DNA of 32,453 nt, from IMG/VR virus record IMGVR_UViG_3300033170_000477. One strand, written 5' to 3'. The position numbers and the translations under genes are program-made. This stretch comes from an uncultured virus (IMG/VR IMGVR_UViG_3300033170_000477). Lineage: Duplodnaviria > Heunggongvirae > Uroviricota > Caudoviricetes. A model generated the notes under the pieces. The model had not been told where the DNA came from. It made no database searches and saw only the letters and a list, made by a program, of their open reading frames with translations. Of the stretch, positions 15,202-24,852 are shown piece after piece (position 1 is the first letter of the stretch; each line of letters starts with the position of its first letter).

Positions 15202-17808
15202 ATGGCAGATAATTTTGGTTTGAAGATTGGTCTTGAAGGCGAGAAAGAATTTAAGAAGGCATTAACAGATATCAATCGCTCCTTTAAAGTACTTGGCTCT
15301 GAAATGAAACTGGTAGCTTCAGAATTTGATAAAAACGATAAGTCTGTCCAGGCTCTTTCCGCCAGAAATTCAGTCCTCAATAAAGAGATTGAAACCCAAA
15401 AAAGCAAAATTGATACCTTGAGGTCGGCTCTTGAAAATGCAGCTACTTCCTTTGGAGAAACCGATAGAAGAACGCAAAATTGGCAGATTCAGCTAAATAA
15501 CGCAGAGGCTGCACTCAACAATATGGAGCGAGAGTTAAGTAGCAATAATGCTGCTCTTGAAGAAGCAAACTCCAATTATGATGATGCCGAAGATGCTCTC
15601 GATGACATGAACCGTGAAATGAACGATGTCACCCACAGTGCAGATGATATGGGAAAAGAGATTGATGAGGCAGCTGACTCTGCTGAAAAATCCGAATCTA
15701 AGTTTAAAGGCTTAGGTACAACTTTAAAATCTATCGGCATTGCCATGGGAGCAGTTGCTGTTGCAGCAGGTGCGGCGGCTGTCAAACTTGGTAAAGAAGT
15801 CATTTCCGCTTATGCCGATTACGAGCAATTAGTCGGTGGTGTGGATACGCTTTTTAAAGAGAACTCTCAGCAGTTACAAGACTATGCATCGAATGCCTAT
15901 AAGACGGCAGGTCTTTCTGCCAATGACTACATGGAAACCGTCACTTCTTTTTCTGCAAGCCTTATTTCTTCTCTTGGAGGGGATACAGAAAAAGCCGTTA
16001 AATATGCGGATATGGCGATCACCGATATGTCTGACAATGCTAATAAAATGGGTACAGACATGGAGTCCATTCAAAATGCCTATCAGGGTTTTGCCAAGCA
16101 AAATTACACCATGCTAGACAACCTAAAACTTGGATATGGTGGTACAAAAAGTGAAATGGAGCGACTCCTTGCCGATGCCGAGGCCATCTCTGGTATTGAG
16201 TATGATGTTTCTTCGTATGCCGATGTAGTTTCTGCCATCCATGTCATTCAAGAAAGCATGGGTATTGCTGGTACGACTGCTCTTGAGGCAGAGGAGACTA
16301 TTTCAGGATCCTTGAATGCCTTTGAATCAGCTTTACAAAATCTTTTCGTTGGTTTTGGAAATGCTGATGCGGATATGGAACAACTCAGTAAAAACATGGT
16401 GGATGCCTTTCAGTCTGTGGTAAAAAACATTACCCCAGTGATTGAAAATATCGTAAAGGCCCTGCCCATCGCAATTGAAGCATTATTGGATGCGGTTTCT
16501 GATTTGTTACCGACACTGCTTGCTACGGTGACAGATTTATTTACTCAGGTACTGAACGCACTGATGAACCTACTACCTACCTTAATACCGGTAGCAGTTG
16601 ATTCCATCCTTACGATTGTGAATGCCTTAATTGAAAACTTACCACTGCTAGTGGATGCGGCCGTTCAGTTAATTGCAGCTTTAGTGGATGGTCTTGGGCA
16701 GGCAATGCCAGAACTGATTCCTGCGGCAGTTAATGCAATTACTACGATTGTGCAAGGTTTGGTTGATAATCTACCCATGCTGCTTGATGCAGCACTGCAG
16801 TTAATACTTGGTTTGGCTCAGGGGCTACTCGAAGCGATCCCGCAACTAATTGTGGCTCTCCCTACGATTATCTTGGCAATCGTTGATTTTATTATTAGCG
16901 CAATTCCTCAGATTATAGATGCAGGTATTCAGTTACTAACATCGCTGGTTACAGCCTTGCCTGAAATTATTACGGCTATTGTAGAGGCGATTCCACAGAT
17001 AATTGATGGGATATTGAATGGAATTTTAAGTTCGATTCCACAACTCATTCAAGCGGGTGTCGACTTACTTGTTGCACTGGTTCAAAATCTACCGACCATT
17101 ATTACCACCATTGTTGCAGCGATACCTCAAATCATTTCAAGTATTGTAAATGCATTAATTGGAAACATCGACAAGATCATTATGGCAGGGGTTCAGCTAT
17201 TTGTAGCACTCATTCAGAATTTACCAACCATTGTGGTAGAGATCGTAAAAGCAGTGCCTCAGATTATTGGCGGCATCGTCAGAGCATTTACAAACTCCAT
17301 GGGTTCAATCGTGACGGTGGGTGGCAACATTGTAAAAGGACTATGGCAGGGTATTCAATCCCTTGCTTCTTGGTTATGGAATAAAGTGAGTGGTTGGATT
17401 AGTGGCATTTGGACTGGCATCAAGGATTTCTTCGGTATCAAGTCACCATCGAAACAGATGGGGTGGGTTGGAGAAATGCTTGTGAAAGGTCTTGCAGGTT
17501 CTATCCAAGATAACGGTGATGAGGCTGTAAAAGCAGCTGAGATGATGAGCGAGGATATCAGCGATGTGATGACCAGTCTTGCCAGTGATATGAGTACATC
17601 CTTGCCTACAGAATTTTCAGTGGATACTTCCGTTGGTGGTGTGATTTCAAATGCAGCCACTTCTTCCCTAGGCGGTGTCAGTGGATCGCTAGTTACTGTA
17701 CAGCAGATGATTGTACGAAGTGAAGATGATATCAGAAGGGTATCTCAGGAACTTTATAACTTAATTCAAACAGGCTCTCGTGCTCAGGGTCGATTTTCTA
17801 CAACATAA
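15202..17808 (+). CDS. Tail tape measure protein (868 aa)
   Basis: MADNFGLKIGLEGEKEFK start, long helical region, many amphipathic L..LP.II repeats, FFGI.SPS motif; AAGGAGG RBS. Confidence 0.95.
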   Translation: MADNFGLKIGLEGEKEFKKALTDINRSFKVLGSEMKLVASEFDKNDKSVQALSARNSVLNKEIETQKSKIDTLRSALENAATSFGETDRRTQNWQIQLNNAEAALNNMERELSSNNAALEEANSNYDDAEDALDDMNREMNDVTHSADDMGKEIDEAADSAEKSESKFKGLGTTLKSIGIAMGAVAVAAGAAAVKLGKEVISAYADYEQLVGGVDTLFKENSQQLQDYASNAYKTAGLSANDYMETVTSFSASLISSLGGDTEKAVKYADMAITDMSDNANKMGTDMESIQNAYQGFAKQNYTMLDNLKLGYGGTKSEMERLLADAEAISGIEYDVSSYADVVSAIHVIQESMGIAGTTALEAEETISGSLNAFESALQNLFVGFGNADADMEQLSKNMVDAFQSVVKNITPVIENIVKALPIAIEALLDAVSDLLPTLLATVTDLFTQVLNALMNLLPTLIPVAVDSILTIVNALIENLPLLVDAAVQLIAALVDGLGQAMPELIPAAVNAITTIVQGLVDNLPMLLDAALQLILGLAQGLLEAIPQLIVALPTIILAIVDFIISAIPQIIDAGIQLLTSLVTALPEIITAIVEAIPQIIDGILNGILSSIPQLIQAGVDLLVALVQNLPTIITTIVAAIPQIISSIVNALIGNIDKIIMAGVQLFVALIQNLPTIVVEIVKAVPQIIGGIVRAFTNSMGSIVTVGGNIVKGLWQGIQSLASWLWNKVSGWISGIWTGIKDFFGIKSPSKQMGWVGEMLVKGLAGSIQDNGDEAVKAAEMMSEDISDVMTSLASDMSTSLPTEFSVDTSVGGVISNAATSSLGGVSGSLVTVQQMIVRSEDDIRRVSQELYNLIQTGSRAQGRFSTT

Positions 17809-17820
17809 GGAGGTGTGCCG

Positions 17821-18597
17821 ATGGGTTTTTCATATAACGATGTTTCTTCAAAAAGCATGGGACTAAAAGCCAGGCTCACTTCCTGGCAGGTCTGTGGAGG
17901 GATGCGAAATTTTACCACCACCGTACCTGGAAAGTATGGTGTGACAGACTTTGGGGCTGATTTTGATTATCGAGAAATCAATGTATCTTGTAATATTTAT
18001 CCCAAGCACAGCTTTTCTGCTCTGGTGACTACCCTTGACGAACTTTCAGCATGGCTTGATCCCATGCAAGGATTAAAAGAACTTGTTTTTGACGATGTAC
18101 CCGACAGGTATTTCATGGCAAGGCTGAATGAGAAAGTGGACTGTGAACGACTCATTCGTTTTGCAGGAAGTTTCAACTTGAAGTTTTTCTGTCCTGATCC
18201 TTTTGCTTATGCCATTACGGATGAGAATTATTTAATAGAAAGCGAAGGAAGTCACACGATTACAAGACAGACCGGCAATGTTGAATCCAATCCTATGTAT
18301 CGCTTGAAGGGAATCATCACATCGGGTGTGCACAATTTTATTTCTGTTACAACCAATGGCTTGGAAATGAAAATAGTGAATGCTGTACTTTTGGCAGAAG
18401 AAACCCTTGTCATTGATACAGATAAGATGACGGCTTATGTGGAAGACGAAAACGGGATAATCTTAAGAAACGCTTTGCCATACCTAGAGGAGATTGATTT
18501 TCCAAGTTTCAATGTAGGCAATAATACCCTAGCAATAACAACGAATAATGCTGTGTTTACAGCGCTTGAAATAAAGGCTCGCAGTAGATGGAGGTGA
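17821..18597 (+). CDS. Distal tail protein (Dit)
   Basis: Follows tape measure; GF.YN...S..MGL, VPG..G, L.FDD.PDRY..A, F.CPDPF.Y, FP....G.N, R.RW. Start 17815 or 17821. Confidence 0.9.
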   Translation: MGFSYNDVSSKSMGLKARLTSWQVCGGMRNFTTTVPGKYGVTDFGADFDYREINVSCNIYPKHSFSALVTTLDELSAWLDPMQGLKELVFDDVPDRYFMARLNEKVDCERLIRFAGSFNLKFFCPDPFAYAITDENYLIESEGSHTITRQTGNVESNPMYRLKGIITSGVHNFISVTTNGLEMKIVNAVLLAEETLVIDTDKMTAYVEDENGIILRNALPYLEEIDFPSFNVGNNTLAITTNNAVFTALEIKARSRWR

Positions 18598-18601
18598 TCC
18601 A

Positions 18602-21127
18602 GTGGCACTAAAAACAATATTAAATAAACAGACAGATTTTACGGGAGAGTTCCCAGTTGAGTATGCAAAATCTGGACTGTGGCGGTTCAATGATGTATCG
18701 GTAGATGAAAATGGCTATCTTGCAGACTCTTCTGGGTTAGATAGAAAAATAGAGCTTGTCAATTATCTAGGAACAACTGCAAGCCTTCAAAGCGGGCAAA
18801 AAGGGAGACAAATCCGAATCAACATCAACAATCCCGCTACAGAAAAAACCTACCTTAAAGTGGCCAATGATGGTACTTTCTTTTCGGAGATGGGAGAACG
18901 AATCCTTGTTGGCGGTTGGATGATACCGACTACTTATTCGGTAGGAAATACCTATTGCCCCATATTAAATACGCGCTATGGTCCTGGTCAGCCTATCTTT
19001 TACCTGTCGCTCTTTGCAGGCAGACCTAGAATCATGCTTTATAACGCTAGTGGTTCTCTTATACTCGACCAAACAACCACACCGCCTTTTTCACTTATCA
19101 ATGGTGGAGTGTATTTTATTTGCATGGTCATAGAGCCAAACAATAAAAATGCATGGATTGTACTGGGAGATAGGACGAATGAAATAAGCTGGGTATCCCC
19201 GACCTATTCCTTTACAGGCTCACTAAACCCTTCTTGTACGGCCGACATCATTATGGGCATGCATTCGGATGCCTATTGGTATGCTGGAAGATTTGATGAT
19301 TGGTTTTTTGATATGGATTCAAGTCTTACAGTGGATGATTTGATTGATTATTTCAATGGGTCTCTTTTGACTAACGGTGGTGATATGGGCGGTGCTGTTG
19401 ATGCCCTTAGCGTACCGGGAGTGGTGAGCTTAAGGGAGACAGAAGGTGTCTATCCAACGGAAGGAATACTATATACGGCTCCGGCAACGTGCAATCTGTC
19501 TGGCACAGGTCGGGTATCTGTTACCAGTGAATATATTTCTGGGGTAACTGCAGTTGGGCCAATAGAAACCTCAACAAGCGATGACCTGGTTCATTGGAGT
19601 GATTGGGCAGCCATCGCACTTGATGGAAAACTGGTATCTCCGAATAAGGCATACATTCGTTTTAGGGTTACGCTTACTACGGCAGATACGAGTAAGACCC
19701 CTCGAATCATTGATATCAGGCTTTATGATATTCCAAAATCCCCTTATGAGAGGATTGGTTTTGCAAGACCTGTCGTACTGGATTCGAATGGAGCATGGGA
19801 GGCTGTGTTAGAAAATGCCTATAACATTGTGGTAACCAGTGAAATCAATGGCGAGGATACGCTCTCCTTTATGATCCCCTATCGTGATCCCAAGCGGGGA
19901 TTTATTGATAGTGAAAAGAAAATCCAGATTGTTGATGACGTCTACAAAGTAAGGACTTTGACGGATACAAAAGATAGCGAAGGAAATCTAGCGACAGAAG
20001 TGTATGCTGAGGCAGAGTTTTATGACCTGACTTTTTCAGTGCGAAAAGAAGAGCATAAATTTGATGCAGAAACTGCTGAAGTCTCCATGGCATATGCGTT
20101 AGAAGGAACAGAGTGGAGTGTAGGCACAGTCAATGTGCGAACTAAAAGAACCTGGACGAGTACAGAAAAGAATGCTCTTTCCATCCTTCGCACGATTGCT
20201 GACTTACACGGTGGTGATCTCGTCTTTGATTGCCCTAATAGGCTAGTCCATCTCTTAACGGTCTATGGTACGGATAGCGGTGCATTATTTGCCTATAAGA
20301 AAAATATGAAGAGCATTAAAAGAGTCGTGGATACCAGAAGTCTTGTGACAAGGCTCTATGCCATTGGTAGCGATGGTCTTACTTTTGCAGACATCAATGG
20401 AGGAAAGGCATATGTGGAGGACTATACGTATTCGTCTGATATTCGAATATCAACGATTGATTGTTCTTCCTTTACCAATCCCTATCAGATGAAAGAATAT
20501 ACCGAGATGAGGCTTGCTCAGTATTCAAAACCAAACATCTCTTATGTTTTAAACGCAATGGATTTATCGGTGTTAACGGGTTATGAGCATGAAGCATGGT
20601 CGCTTGGCGATTATGTTCATGTAGAAGATAAAGATTTAGGACTGTCGGTGACAACTCGTGTTATACGAAGAGAATACAACTTACAAGAACCATGGAATAC
20701 AGTATTAGAACTATCCACTACCCTTAAAAATCTGGGCAGTTCTGCAAGCCAGTGGGACAATGTAGCAGATTCTCTTGAAGGCACAAGTATGGTTACAAAC
20801 AATGATATCCGTGAAATGGTGCCATTTAATTTATTGCGAAATTCTCGTGGTGATGATGCGATGGCTTATTGGATTAACTCAGGCTTTGAAGTAGATGGTG
20901 ATAACGGCGTGAGCGGTACTGCATCGTTTAAAGCAATGGGTGTAGCAAATATGACAAAGAGCATGGCTCAGACCATCTATCCAGCGAATCGTTCTAGCTA
21001 CACACTCTCGGCACAAATCGCATCTGAAAACCTAGAAAAGCTGAGTAGCGACTCACAGGTTGGCATTGAAGTGGTTATTGAATATGAAGATGGGACGACA
21101 GAAACAAGATTTATTGATTTGTATTAA
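18602..21127 (+). CDS. Tal-like tail spike: N-terminal LamG/lectin-like region, central gp27-like hub, C-terminal partial CBM-like domain
   Basis: Hub region from about 19766 (EINGEDTLSF, VTRLYAIG.DGL, LGD.V.V.D..LG....RV..REY); C-terminal NLLRNS...W segment from about 20825. Confidence 0.8.
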   Translation: MALKTILNKQTDFTGEFPVEYAKSGLWRFNDVSVDENGYLADSSGLDRKIELVNYLGTTASLQSGQKGRQIRININNPATEKTYLKVANDGTFFSEMGERILVGGWMIPTTYSVGNTYCPILNTRYGPGQPIFYLSLFAGRPRIMLYNASGSLILDQTTTPPFSLINGGVYFICMVIEPNNKNAWIVLGDRTNEISWVSPTYSFTGSLNPSCTADIIMGMHSDAYWYAGRFDDWFFDMDSSLTVDDLIDYFNGSLLTNGGDMGGAVDALSVPGVVSLRETEGVYPTEGILYTAPATCNLSGTGRVSVTSEYISGVTAVGPIETSTSDDLVHWSDWAAIALDGKLVSPNKAYIRFRVTLTTADTSKTPRIIDIRLYDIPKSPYERIGFARPVVLDSNGAWEAVLENAYNIVVTSEINGEDTLSFMIPYRDPKRGFIDSEKKIQIVDDVYKVRTLTDTKDSEGNLATEVYAEAEFYDLTFSVRKEEHKFDAETAEVSMAYALEGTEWSVGTVNVRTKRTWTSTEKNALSILRTIADLHGGDLVFDCPNRLVHLLTVYGTDSGALFAYKKNMKSIKRVVDTRSLVTRLYAIGSDGLTFADINGGKAYVEDYTYSSDIRISTIDCSSFTNPYQMKEYTEMRLAQYSKPNISYVLNAMDLSVLTGYEHEAWSLGDYVHVEDKDLGLSVTTRVIRREYNLQEPWNTVLELSTTLKNLGSSASQWDNVADSLEGTSMVTNNDIREMVPFNLLRNSRGDDAMAYWINSGFEVDGDNGVSGTASFKAMGVANMTKSMAQTIYPANRSSYTLSAQIASENLEKLSSDSQVGIEVVIEYEDGTTETRFIDLY

Positions 21128-21139
21128 GGAGGTGGATTG

Positions 21140-21337
21140 GTGGCTTATTTTTCAAGAACATCAGAAAAGATACTCCCAGAAAGCTACTCTTCAAAAGTAA
21201 AATCCATTACCATCCGTGTCTGTGTCACAAATTGCACCGGTACTTTTTATATTACGGATCTCTTTTTACAAGCAGGCTCAGTGGTCACGGGATGGGTAGG
21301 TCATCCCTGTGAAATAAGGTGGACGTTAGATGGTTAA
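21140..21337 (+). CDS. Small tail-tip protein resembling the C-terminal half of a CBM-like beta-sandwich
   Basis: TAAGGAGGTG SD; TTG 21137 or GTG 21140 start; TGTFYITDLFLQAGSVVTGW.GHP motif; same frame as the upstream spike gene. Confidence 0.75.
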   Translation: MAYFSRTSEKILPESYSSKVKSITIRVCVTNCTGTFYITDLFLQAGSVVTGWVGHPCEIRWTLDG

Positions 21338-21914
21338 GGTTAAATTTATCAGGTTAGCGGAAGTGATAAATAAAAAACAAGATAAGCGTGTCATGAGTGT
21401 AAGCATAAAACCTACCCTCTATGATTGCACTGGCATGATTTGGTTTACGGACATCCAGTTACAAGAAGGACCTGTTCTAAATGGTTATGCACCTCATACA
21501 GAGAGCAGGTTAGAAAAACTAAAAGAAGATGGCAGTATCAAGGATCCTGTTTGGTTTAACGGTGTGGTGCGTTCAGAAGAAACTATTATTTTATTTAATG
21601 TCGGTGAAACCTCTGCAGGACTTGATATTCATATCTATCCAAAGCTTTCTATGTCTGCTGGAACAGTGAAACTAAGCCAAGGTATAGGAGGGCAACAAGT
21701 ATCCTTTCCTAGAGAAATTGAAAAAGATGCTGATTTGGCACTTCTAGCATCCACGCGAACTTGTACCAAAAACGGAGTCAGCGAACCCAAAGAGGGGTTC
21801 TATCAATACAGTGCTGCCTGGGACTCAAAGCACAAAGTGACCCTTGAAAAAGGGAAATCTGCAAGGGTGCTGTTTACCATGCAGGAAATGCAAGACGGAG
21901 GTGAACCATTCTAA
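21330..21914 (+). CDS. Tail-tip protein whose first ~60 aa are paralogous to the preceding small ORF
   Basis: CTGMIWFTDIQLQEGPVLNGYAPH versus CTGTFYITDLFLQAGSVVTGWVGH; overlaps both neighbours. Confidence 0.8.
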   Translation: MVKVKFIRLAEVINKKQDKRVMSVSIKPTLYDCTGMIWFTDIQLQEGPVLNGYAPHTESRLEKLKEDGSIKDPVWFNGVVRSEETIILFNVGETSAGLDIHIYPKLSMSAGTVKLSQGIGGQQVSFPREIEKDADLALLASTRTCTKNGVSEPKEGFYQYSAAWDSKHKVTLEKGKSARVLFTMQEMQDGGEPF

Positions 21915-24382
21915 TGGAACGACTAAAAGGCAAGAAAGTCATGGTGTGGACTTTTATGGGCAATGCACGAATGTATGAAGCTTTAGAGAAATACGGAGAC
22001 CGGATTGATACCATCGGTCTTTTTTCTTTTAAGGTACGAACTACCGGTGAGATTGTTGAGAGTGGTGTCACCATCAGCAGTATGCTCCCCTACATCAACC
22101 GTTATCGTCACATCAAATGGCTACTGACCATCGCCAATGATGGTGCAAACAGTATTTTCAGAGCATTGAGAGATAACTCAAATGGCGCTCAGGAACTGTT
22201 TCTATCCGAGCTTATTCGCATTATGAAAAAGTATCCGTGGTGTGATGGTATTGATATTGACCTAGAAAGAGGCGATGACTATTCCACTCATGCTGAGTCA
22301 ACCGCCATGTTTCAAAACATTTACAACACCATCAAAGCCTATGATTCAAGCAAACTGATGAACATTTGCCTTCCAGGTATGACCAGTGTCAATGGTTCAG
22401 TAGGTGGTGAGAATTGGTGCGTTTACGGTGACTTAGACCCCTATTGCGATACCGCATCAATTATGAGTTATGGTATGGCTTGGTCAGGTTCTGCACCGGG
22501 ACCTGTATCTCCAAGAAGCTGGCTTGAAGGAATTTATGATTATGCCGTTACAGTGATGAATCCCGATAAGATTTTCTTTGGGATGCCTGCTTACGGCTGG
22601 AACTGGCAAATCTATGACACACCAGAAAACCTAGGCAAAGCCTACCGAGGAACGTCCCATACCTACTATGCTGCAAAATACTGGATGACAGGAGTCTATA
22701 ACTTCACAGATGATGCTCCTCCTCAACCGTTTATTCCCATCGTGGCTTACTGGGATGATGAGAATAAAGTGCCTTGGGCCTTACCTCATGTCTACGATTA
22801 TATGGAAGGAAGAGATGCCACTCGCTATAGCTATCCACTCTTATCTGCAAGCTACAATGGAAGACAGTATCTGACGGCCTATGGCAAACAACAAAAGTCA
22901 GCCTTTGGCACTATTTATGTGGATCGCGATGCCATACCGGATAGTTATTCTGGTGTTGTTTCTGTTTCTAATAGCGTCACAACACTGGGGGATGAAGGTG
23001 CGGCAACCTATCATTTTACGCTTGCTCAGGCAGGTACTTATGATGTAGCAGTAAAGCTAGGCTTTCCCTTTTGGGATAAGAATAGTATTCACATCTCCCT
23101 TGATGGAAATGAAGTAGATTTTTCTGAAAACAGACTGTGGTGGCCTTATTGGAGAACGACTTTCTGGACGGTACTGAAAAAAGGAGTGAGCCTTTCTCAA
23201 GGAACACATACCATCACCATTTCGCTTGGGGCAAAGGGTGCACAGTTTTATGGATTTAGAGTCTGTTCTTCATTTTCTGAGGAGCCATCAGTTGGTGAAG
23301 CAGAATATACCCTTGCTCCTAGACATTTCAAAGATGTAAATGGTGATATGGTAGGACCTGCAACTGGTTTTAAGTTGACGCTTGAGATGCTTAGAAGAAA
23401 AGCAGATTCTGCCCTTGTGTGGTATGAGGATTTTAGAGATGATAACCCTCTCCCCCAAAGCTACTGGACAACATTATCAGGCGAATGGAGTGTTTGGCAA
23501 GATACAAGCAGTTCGATGAATAGACCCTATTCCCAACTGGAGGGTAAGGGGCAGTTAGCATGGAACTACAACAATTTTTCAGATATACATTTAAGGGCGC
23601 AGATTATTTTTCCTGAGACCTTTAGTGGCAAGGCAGGTGTTTTTATTGGAACGATTTATTGTTGCTTTAATTATGATAACCAGCGTATTGAACTGTATGA
23701 AGGTTCTACTTTAAAAGGTAGTTATGCCACCAGCTTTTCAAAAACATCGGCCGCAAACATTCGATCGAATCCAAGCTTTTACACTCTAGAAATTCGAAAG
23801 CGTGGCAATCAAGTGCGGGTCTATTCCTCTGCATCCAATACACTGCGCTTTACAGCCACTTGCTCGGATGTGACAGGGTATGCAGGTATTCGTTCGGATA
23901 ATAAAGTCCATTGCCAGTTGCTTCGCTTAGGCGATGCTTGGACCTATGAGCCTTATGAACGCTTTGACGTGCTTATGCCAGATGGGGCATTTAAAACATA
24001 TGGTCGGCTATCAAGAAGTAACTGTTCTTGGGATGATGAGTTTCAAGTATTTACTTTAACAGCAGACCTTGAAGAATCAGCCACAAGAAGTGAAAGCATC
24101 TCCCTAGATTATGATTTTTTTCATTCAGATATGATGCCATCCATTCAGTGTGGAAATGACTACAGTGTCACCATCATTCCAAGGGATATTAACATCTGGA
24201 TATCTCGTATTTTCTTAGGTGATGGTGACGGATTTTCCATTCTTTATTATCAGGATGTGGATAGCCTTGTGTACTGGGCAAATGAAGCAGCTTATCGGTG
24301 GAAACTTCGAGGCATGTGTATGTGGTCACTAGGGCAGGAGGATTTAAGACTCTGGGAGTGGCTACCAAAACAAATAGAGTAA
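21914..24382 (+). CDS. Glycoside hydrolase family 18 protein with large internal beta-sandwich insertions; probably tail-associated
   Basis: DGIDIDLE catalytic motif at 22244-22267, IMSY, KIFFGMPAYG..W, terminal YYQD..SL...LRGMCMWSLGQED. Confidence 0.88.
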   Translation: MERLKGKKVMVWTFMGNARMYEALEKYGDRIDTIGLFSFKVRTTGEIVESGVTISSMLPYINRYRHIKWLLTIANDGANSIFRALRDNSNGAQELFLSELIRIMKKYPWCDGIDIDLERGDDYSTHAESTAMFQNIYNTIKAYDSSKLMNICLPGMTSVNGSVGGENWCVYGDLDPYCDTASIMSYGMAWSGSAPGPVSPRSWLEGIYDYAVTVMNPDKIFFGMPAYGWNWQIYDTPENLGKAYRGTSHTYYAAKYWMTGVYNFTDDAPPQPFIPIVAYWDDENKVPWALPHVYDYMEGRDATRYSYPLLSASYNGRQYLTAYGKQQKSAFGTIYVDRDAIPDSYSGVVSVSNSVTTLGDEGAATYHFTLAQAGTYDVAVKLGFPFWDKNSIHISLDGNEVDFSENRLWWPYWRTTFWTVLKKGVSLSQGTHTITISLGAKGAQFYGFRVCSSFSEEPSVGEAEYTLAPRHFKDVNGDMVGPATGFKLTLEMLRRKADSALVWYEDFRDDNPLPQSYWTTLSGEWSVWQDTSSSMNRPYSQLEGKGQLAWNYNNFSDIHLRAQIIFPETFSGKAGVFIGTIYCCFNYDNQRIELYEGSTLKGSYATSFSKTSAANIRSNPSFYTLEIRKRGNQVRVYSSASNTLRFTATCSDVTGYAGIRSDNKVHCQLLRLGDAWTYEPYERFDVLMPDGAFKTYGRLSRSNCSWDDEFQVFTLTADLEESATRSESISLDYDFFHSDMMPSIQCGNDYSVTIIPRDINIWISRIFLGDGDGFSILYYQDVDSLVYWANEAAYRWKLRGMCMWSLGQEDLRLWEWLPKQIE

Positions 24383-24384
24383 TC

Positions 24385-24417
24385 AAAGGAACATCTGCAA
24401 AAGTAGGTGTTCTTTTT
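24385..24417 (+). terminator. Terminator-like hairpin between tail and lysis genes
   Basis: AAAGGAACATCTGC-AAAA-GTAGGTGTTCTTTT stem (with G-U pairs) running into a T tract. Confidence 0.7.
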
Positions 24418-24442
24418 ATTTCATCAAAAGGAGGAATTTAAA

Positions 24443-24850
24443 ATGAAAGAAATATGGAACTGGATCCAAGTTGTGGTAACAGCAATCGGTGGATTCTTCG
24501 GATGGTTTTTAGGAGGAGCAGACGGATTTTTATATGCGCTACTAGTCTTTGTAGTCATCGACTATCTAACAGGTGTCTTATGTGCAATCGCTGATAAGAC
24601 CCTATCAAGTGAAGTGGGATTTATCGGAATCAGCCGTAAAGTGCTGATTTTTGTTTTAGTGGGTGTAGCCAATAATTTAGACGTTTATGTGATTGGTGAT
24701 GGGAGTGTACTAAGAACAGCGATTGTTTTCTTCTATCTATCAAATGAGGGAATTTCGCTGTTAGAAAATTCAGCTCACCTTGGACTACCGATCCCAGAGA
24801 AACTAAAAGATGTATTAAAGCAGCTCCATAAAAAGAACGAGGAGGAATAA
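24443..24850 (+). CDS. Holin (toxin secretion/phage lysis holin family)
   Basis: Hydrophobic segments, DYLTG, LSS..GF.GI.RK, FY.SNEG.S.LEN...LG.PIP; GGAGG RBS before ATG 24443. Confidence 0.92.
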   Translation: MKEIWNWIQVVVTAIGGFFGWFLGGADGFLYALLVFVVIDYLTGVLCAIADKTLSSEVGFIGISRKVLIFVLVGVANNLDVYVIGDGSVLRTAIVFFYLSNEGISLLENSAHLGLPIPEKLKDVLKQLHKKNEEE

Positions 24851-24852
24851 TC

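Noticed and set aside
16400..17300. Hydrophobic repeats in the tape measure gene as a separate membrane protein or DNA repeat array
   Set aside because: Ordinary amphipathic tape-measure periodicity within a single ORF; degenerate at DNA level.
13963..21127. TAA stop-codon reassignment, suggested by two in-frame TAT-TAA interruptions (13963 and 21125)
   Set aside because: Many intact genes here end properly in TAA (capsid, tape measure, holin, lysin, pol) and no suppressor tRNA is visible; two cases are explained by a point mutation and a gene boundary with its own SD.
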